A DNA stretch of 64,000 bases from Adineta vaga (taxonomy: Eukaryota > Animalia > Rotifera). The notes under the pieces are model-generated. The model had not been told where the DNA came from. It worked only from the letters and a program-made list of their open reading frames with translations, and made no database searches. Where the stretch lies: assembly GCA_021613535.1 (NCBI GenBank), contig CP075493.1:17546001-17610000 (forward strand). Direction: 5' to 3'. Shown here piece after piece: positions 14,101 through 26,069 of the stretch. How positions within the stretch are numbered: the first letter of the stretch is position 1; each line of letters begins with the position of its first letter. The position numbers and the translations under genes are program-made.

Positions 14101-15347
14101 CGGAGCCATCAGAGCCGCGTGTCATTTGACCAACTTGTCCAAGTACGGTTGCATCTCCGATATTGACGACTATTCCTACACCTGAACCCTGAACGACAAG
14201 TGATGAATAGAAAACAAGATTGGTCGTTTCCATAAAGTTCAGATCTGTGCATTTAACAGTACAGGTGATAGGTACCGATTCACCAGTTAATTGTGATGTG
14301 TTTACTTGAAGATAGTGGCATGAAATCAGTCGACAATCGGGTGGAATTTTGTCACCAAGACGAATATAAATCACATCGCCAGGTACAAGTTCTTCTGCAT
14401 TCAGTTGCATTTCAATTCCATTTCTTTTAACGGTAGCAATCGAAGGTTGCATTTTTTAGGAGGATGCCACAATTTTCATTGATTTCACTTCCTGATAGAA
14501 ATTGAAAAGAGCATTGAATACAATGACAAAAACAAGTATGCCAGCCAAAGCTAGATTGGCTACATCAGGATCTGGATCACCGAATGGTTTCTGTAGCAAA
14601 GCAAATCATTCACAGATATACTAATTGATTAACATGAACAAATAAAAATGTTAATAAACTTACATAGCTAAGAAAAGCAAATAGAGTTGCAAGCCATAAT
14701 ACACTATTGAAACCAATAATCAATTGTTTAATGAACATCCAAATAAGACTTGGTGGACGTGATGGTGTCAGTTTGTTTCTTCCATAAGTCACATGATGAT
14801 GTGCTACGACATCATCTGTTAGACCTGTTGTCAAATTACTATTAAATCGTTCGACTAGTCTTTCCAATGGTATGACATGTACATCGGTTTCAAGTTTTGA
14901 TGTATCTTCAGTGATTTCATTATCCAATTCCAATCTAACTGGATCGATGCTTTTGAAGCTGCGTTTTAATATCTGATCGGAAATCGCTGCCGATGGCACT
15001 TTCAAGCGATTGGTCTTGTCAGAAAGTGTTCGAGCATACCGTGAATGTCTTTCTTCTAATGGCAATGCTCGATTAGTATAGCTTGCCGAATCAGATCGAC
15101 GTCGTTGCATTAATCGAAGACTCAAATATTGCGACAACGTTTGCCAAGCAATACGATCTTGTTGCATTGTATCAATGGTATTTACATCCACTTGGGTAGC
15201 ACCAGATGCATATAGAGAACTACGAGCTTTATTATATCGACGACCAGCATTTGCCGACGCTGGAGCCGACGATGATAATTTCTGTTGATATGTTCGTCGA
15301 GGAGCAATGCTGTCGCCGAAAGTATGCTTATGTTCGAATTTATCCAT
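11139..15347 (-). pseudogene. P-type ATPase type IIC-like (Na+/K+ or H+/K+ alpha, fungal/protist-like); multi-exon, with a premature stop
   Basis: Motifs GRNKLTP, LTGES, PEGL, ATDKTGTLT (~13680), [24 protein letters not shown] and [16 protein letters not shown], ending in LAKMAW. In-frame TAA at 14458-14456 (FYQEVKSMKIVASS*KMQP). Confidence 0.88.
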
Positions 15348-17149
15348 CAATAAGCAGGACAATAGAAATCGCTAATCTTTGAATGATTAAAATGTGTACC
15401 AAATCTGACTTTGTACGAAAATGGTCGATGATTATGGTGTAATGTTTGATTTTCATCTCCTTTATATACATTTTCTCTCATCTCTCTCTATCCTGTTTAT
15501 ATGCCAGTTACGATAATGTACGTAATGCATTATAATTCATGTGAAACTCAACTGCGCTGTGTGTATTGACAAATTTTTCTTTCCTGCTGCTAGAATTCAT
15601 AAGTTGATTTACGTTTTGTCCTTGAAAGGTTGCTGCTGACGTCAATCCTGATTATACAACAGAGATCAACATGAGGTATTTTTCGTCATACCTGAATTTT
15701 ATACTGTTTTCATAACTTGATTGTGGCCGGTTATTCATCGAACAACATCTATTAACATGTTTTTTTTCTTCTTTTTCAGTGGGATGATGACGCAAATTAT
15801 GACAGTAATAGAGTAAATCAATTGGAATGAAATGACAACAAAATTGCGATCAATGTTCTTTCGTATTAAGTACTTACTCAAATAACAATATGATTAGCGA
15901 TTCATACTAAACTTCTATAATTAGACAAACAAATCTAATAAAATTCTTCATTCCAATTCGGGATGTACGATGTCAGTGACAATACTAAAAAAACTGACAG
16001 TGTTGCACTGATTCTCAGTGTTCACCGACACTTTATTGAGAGTATTTACTGTATTTTTTATAAGAGTTGATCGAACCAAATGTTAAATCGTATGATAGAA
16101 GTAGCAAAATTTTATTTCTTGTGATTATCTGATGAAAGCTGCGTGTTCTACCAACTATTTTCTATCTTCTTTTTATTCTTTCACTCCTGGTGTCTTACAT
16201 CAATCTTATGTACTACTTTGTTTGAAATGATATCGTGCTTGATGACATTATCATCTTCTTTGTGTTCATTTCGTCACTTTATACCCTCGAGATGTTGTCT
16301 TAGTATATATATATACGTGCTTTTTCTCATTTCGGATAGTTGAACATCATTAGATTTAGTGTGTGTATGCATGTACGTATATATGGTAACTCAATAAAGG
16401 TAGAAACATCACATCATCACTTTTTAGTATATATAAATTTATGTTTCTTTTACCGAAGAATTAATAATTATTTGTTATATAATTCTTGCATGATCTTTTT
16501 TGCGTTTTATCACTGACAATAAAACTCAGATTTGTCTTGAAAAGTGTATGTATCCAATCTGAAAATATTTTCTATCTATCTTAATCATGTCTTGCTATGT
16601 AATGTGACAATCAATGATAAGATATCAGTGAGTTCCGTTTTCCTGACATCATCAGTGAGCCATCAGCGTGCACTGAGCCCCCTTTCAGGATTTGTCGGTG
16701 CTCCTTTATTCGACACCATACATTTCTACTTCCAATATAACATTTTTTTCAATTAAATATCGTCTGTTTTAAATCTTCGTTTTCTAAAAATAATCGTTAT
16801 CAATACTTAATTGATGATTTTACTTATTTGATTAACGTCAATATGAGAATAGGAAATATTAGGCAATAATACAAATCAATTTCAATCAAAAATATGATAA
16901 TTAATGAATTGTATGTCTCTTTCTCTACCTGTATATGAAGTGTAAATCATGTTATAATTAACTAACTATTCGACGAATTATTTGGCCATTCAAGTAGTAG
17001 CAGTAATGGATTGTAAAGGACAAGTTACTGATCGAGCATTGAATTCATCTAAAATTATTACTTACAAAAAAAATACGAATTTATATGGAATAATTTATCG
17101 TAATATATACACAAAGAATGGTTATAGAAAAAGTTGCAACTTAGTTCTA

Positions 17150-17565
17150 CAGTAGAACCTCTCTTGAATGGACAACGATCGGACATTTTTAAAGTGTCCA
17201 CTTAAATGAGGTGCTCTTTTATGAGAGGTCGACAAACAATATACATTAGAAGTTCGTTTTGCATGTAAGGCTACATAAAGTGGAGTAAAAATCTATCATA
17301 AACACGTTATGAGATTACATTGACCATTCTTTATTCTAATTTCAATCGAGAATAATCTTTGTTCACTTGGTGATAAATTTAGATGAGTCCTTTATCTTCA
17401 TTCAATGAATAGCAAATGATGATCGTTAAGAAAAGAACAATGTATCCATTTTTATCACTGCTTCAAAGTGCCTATATTTTGTAGAGTTTCTCATGTATTA
17501 TGGAACCTGGAATAGTGCCCACTTCTCAGAGGTTCGAGATGCCCTTGTAAGAGAGGTTCATTTCA
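17150..17565. mobile_element. Degenerate pogo/Tc1-mariner-type MITE
   Basis: Left end is TA|CAGTAGAACCTCTCTTG. The right end AAGAGAGGTTC is the inverted match but is eroded at the tip. Internal GAGAGGT repeats. Confidence 0.55.
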
Positions 17566-17578
17566 ATACAAGATCGAG

Positions 17579-17903
17579 CTTGAGAGTGTGTGGGTGAGTG
17601 TGGGTGTGTGTGGGTGTGGGTGTGGGTGGGTGTGGGTGTGGGTGTGGGTGTGGGTGGGTGAGGGTGTGGGTATGGAGTGAGTGACGATGTGGTTGTAGGT
17701 GTGGGTTAAGAGTATAGCCTGACCCACACCCACACATCAGCACACCGACACCCACACCCACACATCAGCACACCGACACCCACACCCACACATCAGCACA
17801 CCGACACCCACACCCACACATCAGCACACCGACACCCACACCCACACCTACAACCACACCGTCACTCACCCCATACCCACACCCTCACCCACCCACACCC
17901 CCA
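17579..17903. repeat. Long telomeric palindrome TP9 with mirrored variant repeats and a 28-bp x4 internal tandem repeat
   Basis: G-arm 17579-17706, spacer TAAGAGTATAGCCTG, four copies of ACCCACACCCACACATCAGCACACCGAC (17722-17833), then C-arm to ~17903. Confidence 0.9.
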
Positions 17904-18090
17904 CCCAAGCAGACAAATGTTTTAAAAAAACGCGTAAAAACGCGTTAAAATTTCGTTAAAACGCCATTTTAACGAACTATGATCGTTAAAACGGCGTTTT
18001 AACGAAATTTTAACGTATATCGGTTCGTAATGTATAAAACGCGTTTTGATGCGTTTATCTTTACTGCATTATTACGCGTTAATTTATCAA
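17904..18090 (+). mobile_element. Left arm of a CCCAAGCAGA-type foldback MITE (same family as 21906-22193)
   Basis: CCCAAGCAGACAAATGTTTTAAAAAAACGCGTAAAAACGCGTTAAAA, followed by AACGCGTT/CGTTAAAA subrepeats. Confidence 0.65.
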
Positions 18091-18824
18091 ATTTAACTCT
18101 ATATTACACGTTCATTTACAAACTCTAATGATTATCTACGCATTTAGAACAGACGCGTTTGTTTTCGTTAGATTCTGTTGTGTATTTCAGCATCATTTTC
18201 CAAACTTATTGACGATTTTACTGGTTAAAGGTAAAACACGTTGTTTTGTTTTATTTTATTTCGTGATGACCTATAATTTTATGAAGTTTAATTCTTGTTT
18301 ACATGTCAAATACGAAGTGAATTTTATTTTGTAGCTACACGTTATATCACGATGATCAGTATCGTTATAGGAATAAAGTAAACATATTTTTTTCTCTTTG
18401 AAGTTTACTTTGTAATTATGAATTTTCAACATCACATTTCCCTTGATTATTACTGGAAGAATATTATGATAATCATGTACAAAACACCGATTGGTGTGAA
18501 ACTCTTAATGTAGATCTACTTAGATAATCTATAATTTTAACTGCAATAGAAAATAGTGCAGAAAAGTATTGTTATATAGACGATAATATGTTTGAAATCG
18601 AACAGAAAATACGCTTCAGATGAAATTAAAAGACAGTATATAATATTATTTAATATGTGATTTCCTACTGTTGTATATTATGATATAACAACAGCTATTT
18701 TTGGTTTTTAATCTACTAATATTCATATTCTTAAACTTGGAAGTTAACAATTGACTTACTCTACAATATATGATACCCATTTCAGTAACGTTTTCCTAAT
18801 ATATATATATATATATCATCTTAA

Positions 18825-19394
18825 CCCTTTGAGGACGGTTTTTTTTTCTGTATATTTCATCATAAAACAATCAACATTTCTATTTTCTAAAAGAACTTTA
18901 TAAAAACGTGTGTTTATTTAGAACATCGTCTAACATGTCCCTATATAGAGAACAACGTTGCTGACAACGATTCTAGATTATCGCGTTTTTTTCCTGAAAG
19001 CCAGTTTTGTTATATATATTATTCATTACTGACACGCCTCGTAGTTTCTATATTTCCTATTTGTAAGAAATAGTTCCATATTGTTCCAGATCTGAAGTAT
19101 AGATTCGATTTTTCTATCATATAGTTGTACACGGTGCTCATTACTGGAATATAGAAAAATAAAATCTATGGATCAGGTCTAAATCAATACAGAGCTATTT
19201 TCTATATAGGAAATGTTGGAAGTACGAGGCGTGATTACTGGATATCCGAATAAAATAACCTAATTACAATCCAAATTAAACCGAAAGACTCTCTGATAAA
19301 TGCTTTAAAAAGCTGATCTAGTATAGGAATCTGCGTGTTTTAAAATACCAGAGAACCACCATGGCCCCTTAAGGGGCCAACCGTCCTCAAAGGG
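18825..19394. mobile_element. Non-autonomous piggyBac element (570 bp)
   Basis: TTAA on both sides (18821-18824 and 19395-19398). Perfect 16-bp TIR CCCTTTGAGGACGGTT / AACCGTCCTCAAAGGG. Subterminal palindrome TGGCCCCTTAAGGGGCCA. Confidence 0.92.
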
Positions 19395-21905
19395 TTAATG
19401 AAAAGAGAAATCAATACCCAATACAGATATAGTAAAATAGATGAATGAATAAAAAAAACAAGATAAGAAAGATAAAGTTTGAGGTTTAATAAATGTAACT
19501 TTGAGACATAATTCTAAACATATTCAAGTTGATTCAAGTAAGTTTGAAAAAATGAGAAATTCACCAATAATTATTCTCTTCCTCAATACCGAAAGATGTC
19601 TTTCTCTCCTATAAGGAGCATCTCGTTTTGTCTCCTTATTCAGTTCATATTAGTCCTTTTGTTCGATTCGATACTTTCATTTTTAAAGAAATTCTTCTAT
19701 CCGTTTCTAACTTTCCACGTGCTAATTCAGGTTGTTTTCTTCTTTTTTTGTATACGAATGACAAAAATGTGCAATAAGGTAGAAGAAAATCACATATTAC
19801 ATGTGCTTAACGCGTATATATAAGATTGATTTCGTTAGAAAAAGAATAAGATTAACATTTTATTTTCATTTTCAACTGTGAAAAAAAAGCGTATTTTTCT
19901 TTTGCTTGTGTAATGTACCATCAATATTTGATAAAAACAAAACAAGAGCAGTTTGTTGCATAAATAGCGCGTGTAATGAACATAGAGAATGAATACGACA
20001 GAGTAAAAGATACATTTTGTATTTTCTGCTCATGATTATAACATGACATGCGCAAGAAAGAAAGCGTTAATTTTCTGTTATTACCTGATAATCTTTATCA
20101 CAATTAATTATGGTTATACATAAGTATACTTTTAAAGTCAAGGTCTTATCTGAGAATTGTATTATGGTAGTCTAGTCTAATACAATATATAGGTTGGAAT
20201 AAAAAAGAGTATAAACATGTCAGAAATATACTACAAATAACTTCCTTTTTATTTATTCAAAAATTGCTTGTTGTTAGAATAAAACCAATCATATGTACAT
20301 TCAATACAACGTTTATTAGTTTTTTCCTAAAAATAATTCAATAATTAAATTACGAAGAGTCAAACATAAGTGACGAAAGGTAGCTGAAATAATCTGTAGT
20401 AATATGTAATTTTATGCTGATATTCTTTGTACCAAAAAATAGTCATTGCAATCAATTTCTTCTTTTTACGAAGAATAGCAACTGAAAGCAATGTTTTCTC
20501 AACATTAGAGAAATCTGATCTGTCCATATTCTTTAGAAAGAAAACTTTTTAATCGCGTTCCACAAAACTCGAAATCACTAAATAATTAACATTCGACTTT
20601 ATTATTTTTAATATTTCTGAAAACAAAATTAGTTTTTGCATTTTCCCTTGGATTGTGAAGAATACGATTTAAAGGAAAAAATTAACATGTATTTATCAGA
20701 CGTCGAAATCCTCGACTTTATATATATATATGACTTTTTTCCGTTTCCAGCACCATCTTCTCAGTACCCTCTATACAAAACGAAAAAATACAACTGCCAA
20801 GCACGGCTATCGACTGATTGTAGCGTTACGTGAATGCATCTAATCTCGACTTTATAGTAACGTTTCACATGATTCACATTCGTTAATATTTTTAAACAAT
20901 CATCGTACGATATAATAGTGCTTTCCGCAACCGATTTTAAAGAAAATGAGAGCATCTTAAATTCGTTTTCTGAAAAATAAACGTAAATAAAAACACGCGT
21001 CAATCGATAAAATATTCCGATAAACAAATATACGACCAGTTATGGCTGACCTCTGCTAACATTATCGTCCTATTCAGGAGACTCTTGATCCTTTACAATT
21101 AATTCATCTCGTTGATAGCGTATATCATCCAACTGTTAATACGCACTATACAATCAATGTTTCTTTCTTTCGCTACTTTATTCCGATAGAATGAGCGACC
21201 GAATTCTGATAGTTTTTCGTACGTCTTTCTAAGTTAGTTATTAACCCATTCCTATTCTTTGTTTACTGTTAGCAATAGCTATTCTTTTTTTCTCATATTA
21301 ATGACCGGTGATTTTTCAAAATCTTTTTCTATTTTTAATTTAATAGTATTTTCTTCTTCATAGCTTTCGTATTTTTAATTTATATAGTCGACTAAAAACT
21401 GTTATCTTGAATCGATTAATAGCCATAGTTTGATAACTAACTGAAGTGAAGCTTTTAAATTCTACTACTTTCCTTTGAAAATCTCCCCTATCACACTAGT
21501 GACATACACTACATTCCGAATGAATACACATTATAAACAATATCGCTTGATTGCGCTCTTTCTCTCTCAGAAACAAAACAGTAGTATCTAGTATTTCCTT
21601 CTAGATTTGTACATATATAGTAATCTTACTAGTAATAGTTCTATGGGTCTGAGCAATATTTAATACTTTTCACTAGAAGCGTTCGCACGTATGAAATTTT
21701 CTTTCCGATAATAGATCAGCATTTAAGTGTTTGTAAGAACTGCTGACCATATCGCTATGACTTATGTCATCTCGCTACTTCACTCACTCGCTATATCGCA
21801 ACCTCGTTACATCATTACCTGGTCACCTCGCTACTTTACTCACTCGTTATATCATTACCCCGTTATATCATTACCTCGCTAACTATCTACTCCGCTTACT
21901 CGCTA

Positions 21906-22193
21906 CCCAAGCAGAGAAATGTTTAAAATGAAACGCGTTAAAATTTTAACAAAAATAAAATCGTAAAAAGCGCACATTTTAATGCGTTAACGCTGCGTTT
22001 GAATTGTCAATGGCGTAAGAATTCGTTAATTAATTAACGCGTTTTAACGCATTCGATCATTAAACGATGTTGAACGTCGTTCAAAATTTAAACGCATTGC
22101 TAACGCGTTAAAATGTGCGCTTTTTACGATTTTATTTTCGTTAAAATTTTAACGCGTTTTTACGCGTTATTTTTAAGTGCTTGTCTGCCCGGG
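21906..22193. mobile_element. Foldback MITE with CCC...GGG termini and a TA duplication (CMC/EnSpm-like)
   Basis: TA|CCCAAGCAGA...TCTGCCCGGG|TA, with long internal inverted arms (AAAATCGTAAAAAGCGCACATTTTAA / TTAAAATGTGCGCTTTTTACGATTTT). Confidence 0.85.
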
Positions 22194-22195
22194 TA

Positions 22196-22510
22196 ACCAT
22201 CCATATCAGTATCGTCAGAAGAATAATCATCAAGATACCAATAACCAGATGTTGATGTCGATGATTAATGACATTTAGTTCGTTGAGTTCTATTCAAATT
22301 ATCGAGTCCATATTGACGTTCGTAACGACGTACAATGAAATCATTCAAAATTAGAAGATCAGGTGCGGAAGCCAATGTAATAAATAATAAACAAGGTATT
22401 ACAAGCCACTAACGAGGTGTAGATGAAATTAGTTTAGGAAAATTTGTGTTTGTATTTATGTCATCATTATTAACAATTGATGTAGCCGGACGATACTGAT
22501 GAATAACCAT
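22196..22510 (-). pseudogene. 5' fragment of a membrane protein, possibly an MFS/SLC46-like transporter, truncated by the MITE
   Basis: Manual translation gives MVIHQYRP...STPR*WLVIPCLLFITLASAPDLLILNDFIVRRYERQYGL...KCH*SSTS..., with two in-frame stops. Confidence 0.4.
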
Positions 22511-23085
22511 TCTATATAAATTCACGTAAAAATTTCAAAATGACATGATGCTCAATGTTACTTTTATGTATGTAACTTAGAAAAGAAAAAGAAAATTGGT
22601 TCTGTTCGATGAATGCGGTCATCGAATAGCACGAGTTCTTTTTTTTTCTTTTATGTGAGAACAGGAAGAAAAAAAGAAAAAGTGAACTTACAACTTATTG
22701 TCAACTATAAAAAGTAAGTGTATACAAGGACAAAGATACAGTATAGTTTTCTTCGTTTTTACAGAATAAAATCACATTAACATACCATAAAATGAAAATA
22801 ATACAACAGTGAACGTTGATTAATCGATTTTCTACAAAAATAATTAAATAGAAGAAATAACAGAAGGTTATCAGAAAATACGATCTATTCTGATCAAAAG
22901 TTAAATTATAAAGGTCCTCAAATTCTAATTCTCATACATACAATATTATTTCTAGACTAAAAGGATTTCTATGTATCACTAAAAAGAAAATCTCTTGTTG
23001 ATATCATTTTAATGACGAGCAATTTTCAATCTATTGGATTTAAGTTGCAATGTGAAACAGAACCTATGAAATATACAATTTTTTT

Positions 23086-23140
23086 GTGTGAGAGTGTAGC
23101 TTTGGATTGACACGTAGTCGGAGTTACCCACACCCACCTC
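23086..23140. repeat. Degenerate telomeric palindrome TP10
   Basis: GTGTGAGAGTGT...ACCCACACCCACCTC. Confidence 0.55.
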
Positions 23141-23211
23141 ATCAAAGTTGATTTTCTTTTCCCAGAAATCACTACTGATTGCTTTATTTAGAAAAAAAAG
23201 TTAGTTTTTGT

Positions 23212-23998
23212 TTAATATAATGAAACAAAATCTTTACTTTTGGATTTTCTTAAAGAGAAAATTATTTTCGAAATAAAAATATTGATTTGTCCATATCGTG
23301 GATCATTTTTTGATATTTTAAGTGCAGCCCAAACAGGTGGTGATCCATCAACAATATTATTTCGACATGGTGGTTGACCAGCATACATTTTATCACAGCC
23401 ATGTACTGAATCACATTCATCAACAACCATAGCTTTTGTTGTTTTACCATTTCCATGAATAGTTATCATTTTTCCACATCGACTTCCTTTATTATACCAT
23501 CCAGTTGATAAAGCAACAACTTGATGAAAATCAGAATAAAATAAACCAAAACATGCACCAGCACCACCTTGTTCAAAACTATTTAATGTTAAAATTGATG
23601 AGGATTTTGATGATGGTGAGCATTTCTATTGGGGATAACTAACACTCACTTTACAACATGTTGACATATTATCAGTAATACAAGCTGAACTAAAACAAAA
23701 GAAACATGTATCAAATAGTATCCAAAAAAAAACCAAATCAATTAAAAATTCTAACGCTATACCATAGAGAACACCCGATGATTTACATGTAGTATTCTCT
23801 ACACCACCACCACCACCGACATTACTATTACTACATTTTCCATTGGAACAAATAAATGATTCATCACAGTCATTATATGTAGAACATGGATCACAAATAC
23901 AATGACCAATCCATGAACATAAAATAGCTCTTTGATTTGAAAGACTATTAACTCCCGAAATACTAACAAATAATAACCCGAACGAAAGTCAGCATCAT
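23212..23998 (-). pseudogene. Kiwellin / ripening-related protein (kissper-like Cys domain plus RlpA-like double-psi beta-barrel)
   Basis: CSWIGHCICDPCSTYNDCDESFICSNGKC...[14 protein letters not shown]...[43 protein letters not shown]...[15 protein letters not shown] stop at 23628-23626 and a frameshift in the signal peptide. Confidence 0.88.
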
Positions 23999-24256
23999 AC
24001 AATAAATTTTAATAAAATTTTGAATCTAAAACATAGAAAATATATTTCTATATGACCATAGATTTATTTTTTATTAAAAAAAACAAATGAATATAAATTA
24101 CAACTAGTGTTTGAATAAAAAATTTAGTACATAAAGTATAGAGAAACTTTATTTTCTTTTCGATTTGATATTCTTAACAACAACATAAGACAATCCTTCC
24201 AAAAGTTCATTAGAATTAATATTATTATTTTCATAATGAAGATATATACTTTGTTT

Positions 24257-24280
24257 ACGCCCTCACTCACATCCTCAAGA
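24257..24280. repeat. C-rich arm of a telomeric palindrome, TP11 (G-arm eroded)
   Basis: ACGCCCTCACTCACATCCTCAAGA retains the conserved CTCAAGA terminus. Confidence 0.65.
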
Positions 24281-24543
24281 ATTGTTTTAGAAAAATTCGT
24301 ACCGGTTGATTAGTACCTATTAATAATATTACAGTTTGTAATAAAGTGAATGCTGCAACTATTTGAAAAAATATATTCAGAGATATAGGAATATCAGCAG
24401 TTCTATTGAATAACTGTAATATCATAGGAGGAGACCACCCTCCTAGAAATGCGACAAAAGTACCAATCATTGTCTTAATGAGAAGTGCATCACGATTGTG
24501 ATTTACTTGACCACCAATGCCTATCGCGTGTACTCGACGAGCA
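24281..24543 (-). pseudogene. Class A GPCR fragment (ICL3-TM6-TM7-helix 8)
   Basis: SARRVHAIGIGGQVNHNRDALLIKTMIGTFVAFLGGWSP...NQPVRIFLKQF; bounded on both sides by telomeric arms. Confidence 0.75.
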
Positions 24544-24614
24544 GAGGGTGTGGGGTGTGGGTGTGGGTGTGGGTGTTAGATAGATGTAATGCTAATACTC
24601 ACACCCTCAAGATG
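24544..24614. repeat. Telomeric palindrome TP12
   Basis: GAGGGTGTGGGG(TGTGGG)3TGT, spacer TAGATAGATGTAATGCTAAT, then ACTCACACCCTCAAGATG. Confidence 0.9.
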
Positions 24615-24908
24615 AATTCATAAGTTTTGATTTCAACATAGAATTCTGCTTGCTGAAAATTGATTTCTAAAATTTTTATATTGGTTGTCACACTGTGACA
24701 ATGTGATAAAAATATGTACGAATTGGATATTCCCCGTTTTTATTTTTACTGGATACGATTCTTTTCCTTCTCGATAGCGTTTGCAGTCGAAGTAAATAAG
24801 GAAAAAAAACGTAACAGAACAGAATTAATGTCGTGTATCACGTACTCAATGTTTTTTTTGCATTTATTTCTTTTTTGTCGTTTTTTTCTATCAGTTTTAT
24901 TTCTTGAT

Positions 24909-24969
24909 ATCTTGAGGATGTGGGTGAGGGTTCTTCTGTATTTTTTACATTCACACCCACACCCACACC
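24909..24969. repeat. Telomeric palindrome TP13
   Basis: ATCTTGAGGATGTGGGTGAGGGT, spacer TCTTCTGTATTTTTTACATT, then CACACCCACACCCACACC. Confidence 0.85.
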
Positions 24970-25087
24970 ATACTGTTCGTGTGCAAGACCTATACTCATT
25001 TCTTCTCATGAGACATTTTATTTTTTTTCTGCTCTCTGTAAAAGGAACGGATCGAATGCCAATTCGTTATTTGACTTTTCTAGACAA

Positions 25088-25780
25088 ATGACTGATACAC
25101 ATGCTCAAGTACGTCTTTGTTTGATTCGTCATGCTCAATCCGAAGCAAATCTAACCAAACAAACTCTATGCGGTCAAAATATTTCATGTGTATTAACTCC
25201 GCTTGGACATGAACAATCTGTTCTACTTGGCAAACGATTGAAATATCAAAATGCCAGCTTCGATTATGTCTTATGCTCGACGGCTACACGTGCCAAACAA
25301 ACAGCCGAAATTGTCTTGAAAATCATGGATATTGATTTCTCAAAAGTAATTCTTTCGAGTGCATTTTTAGAACAATCACAGGGCAACTGGGAAGGAGTGA
25401 GCCGTTTCTTATGTTATACGAGTGATGTCATGAAACAAATGAATGAATTACATTTTGAATTCATTCCACCCGAAGGTGAATCATTACGAATGGTACAAAA
25501 ACGTGCGATTGACTTTTTAGAACCCTATATTGAACAAGCCAAACAACGAAGTCTAGACGAGAAAAGAGAAATCACTATTGTAATTTTTACACATGCCAAT
25601 TTTATACGAGCTGTATTACAATATTACACTCAAAGTAATCCTCGATATGCATGGATTATTGGACAAGCGAATACAGCCATTACAGAGATTTTATTTTATC
25701 AACATGGAATATCTTTAGTCAAAGTTAATGATAGTGCTCATTTATTGTTTCCCATTCCAGAAACGTCCAAACAAAGTTGA
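25088..25780 (+). CDS. Histidine phosphatase (phosphoglycerate mutase-like family)
   Basis: Motifs LIRHAQSEAN, STATRAKQTA, LEQSQGNWEG, PPEGES, IFTHA and NTAIT...VNDSAHL. Likely start is MTDTH at 25088; the longer ORF from 24920 starts inside TP13. Confidence 0.9.
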   Translation: MTDTHAQVRLCLIRHAQSEANLTKQTLCGQNISCVLTPLGHEQSVLLGKRLKYQNASFDYVLCSTATRAKQTAEIVLKIMDIDFSKVILSSAFLEQSQGNWEGVSRFLCYTSDVMKQMNELHFEFIPPEGESLRMVQKRAIDFLEPYIEQAKQRSLDEKREITIVIFTHANFIRAVLQYYTQSNPRYAWIIGQANTAITEILFYQHGISLVKVNDSAHLLFPIPETSKQS

Positions 25781-26069
25781 TATCAGTCGATCGAACAACA
25801 TTTGACTTCATGGTAATTATGGATATTTTGAAGTTATGAGTGTATCTCTTCTTCTTTCACATCCACACACTTGTTTACAGCTTTTTACGAATCGTTCTAT
25901 AGAACATGGTTACATAGTGACGATCGCGCGACATGAATGTTTTTAACAAAATAAGCTATTACTCATGCTTTATCTGTTTTCTTTTACTAATTTCTAAGCA
26001 AACAATCTTATCCTATATTAAATATCATGAAAAGTACGATAATATCATTTTTAAAACAGAACAGAGAAA

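Noticed and set aside
15960-16690. Possible MITE bounded by CAGTG/CACTG-rich clusters
   Set aside because: No convincing TIR pair or TSD could be aligned.
20636-21060. Short ORFs 20636-20833 and 20761-21027
   Set aside because: No recognisable motif; probably chance ORFs or transposon remnants.
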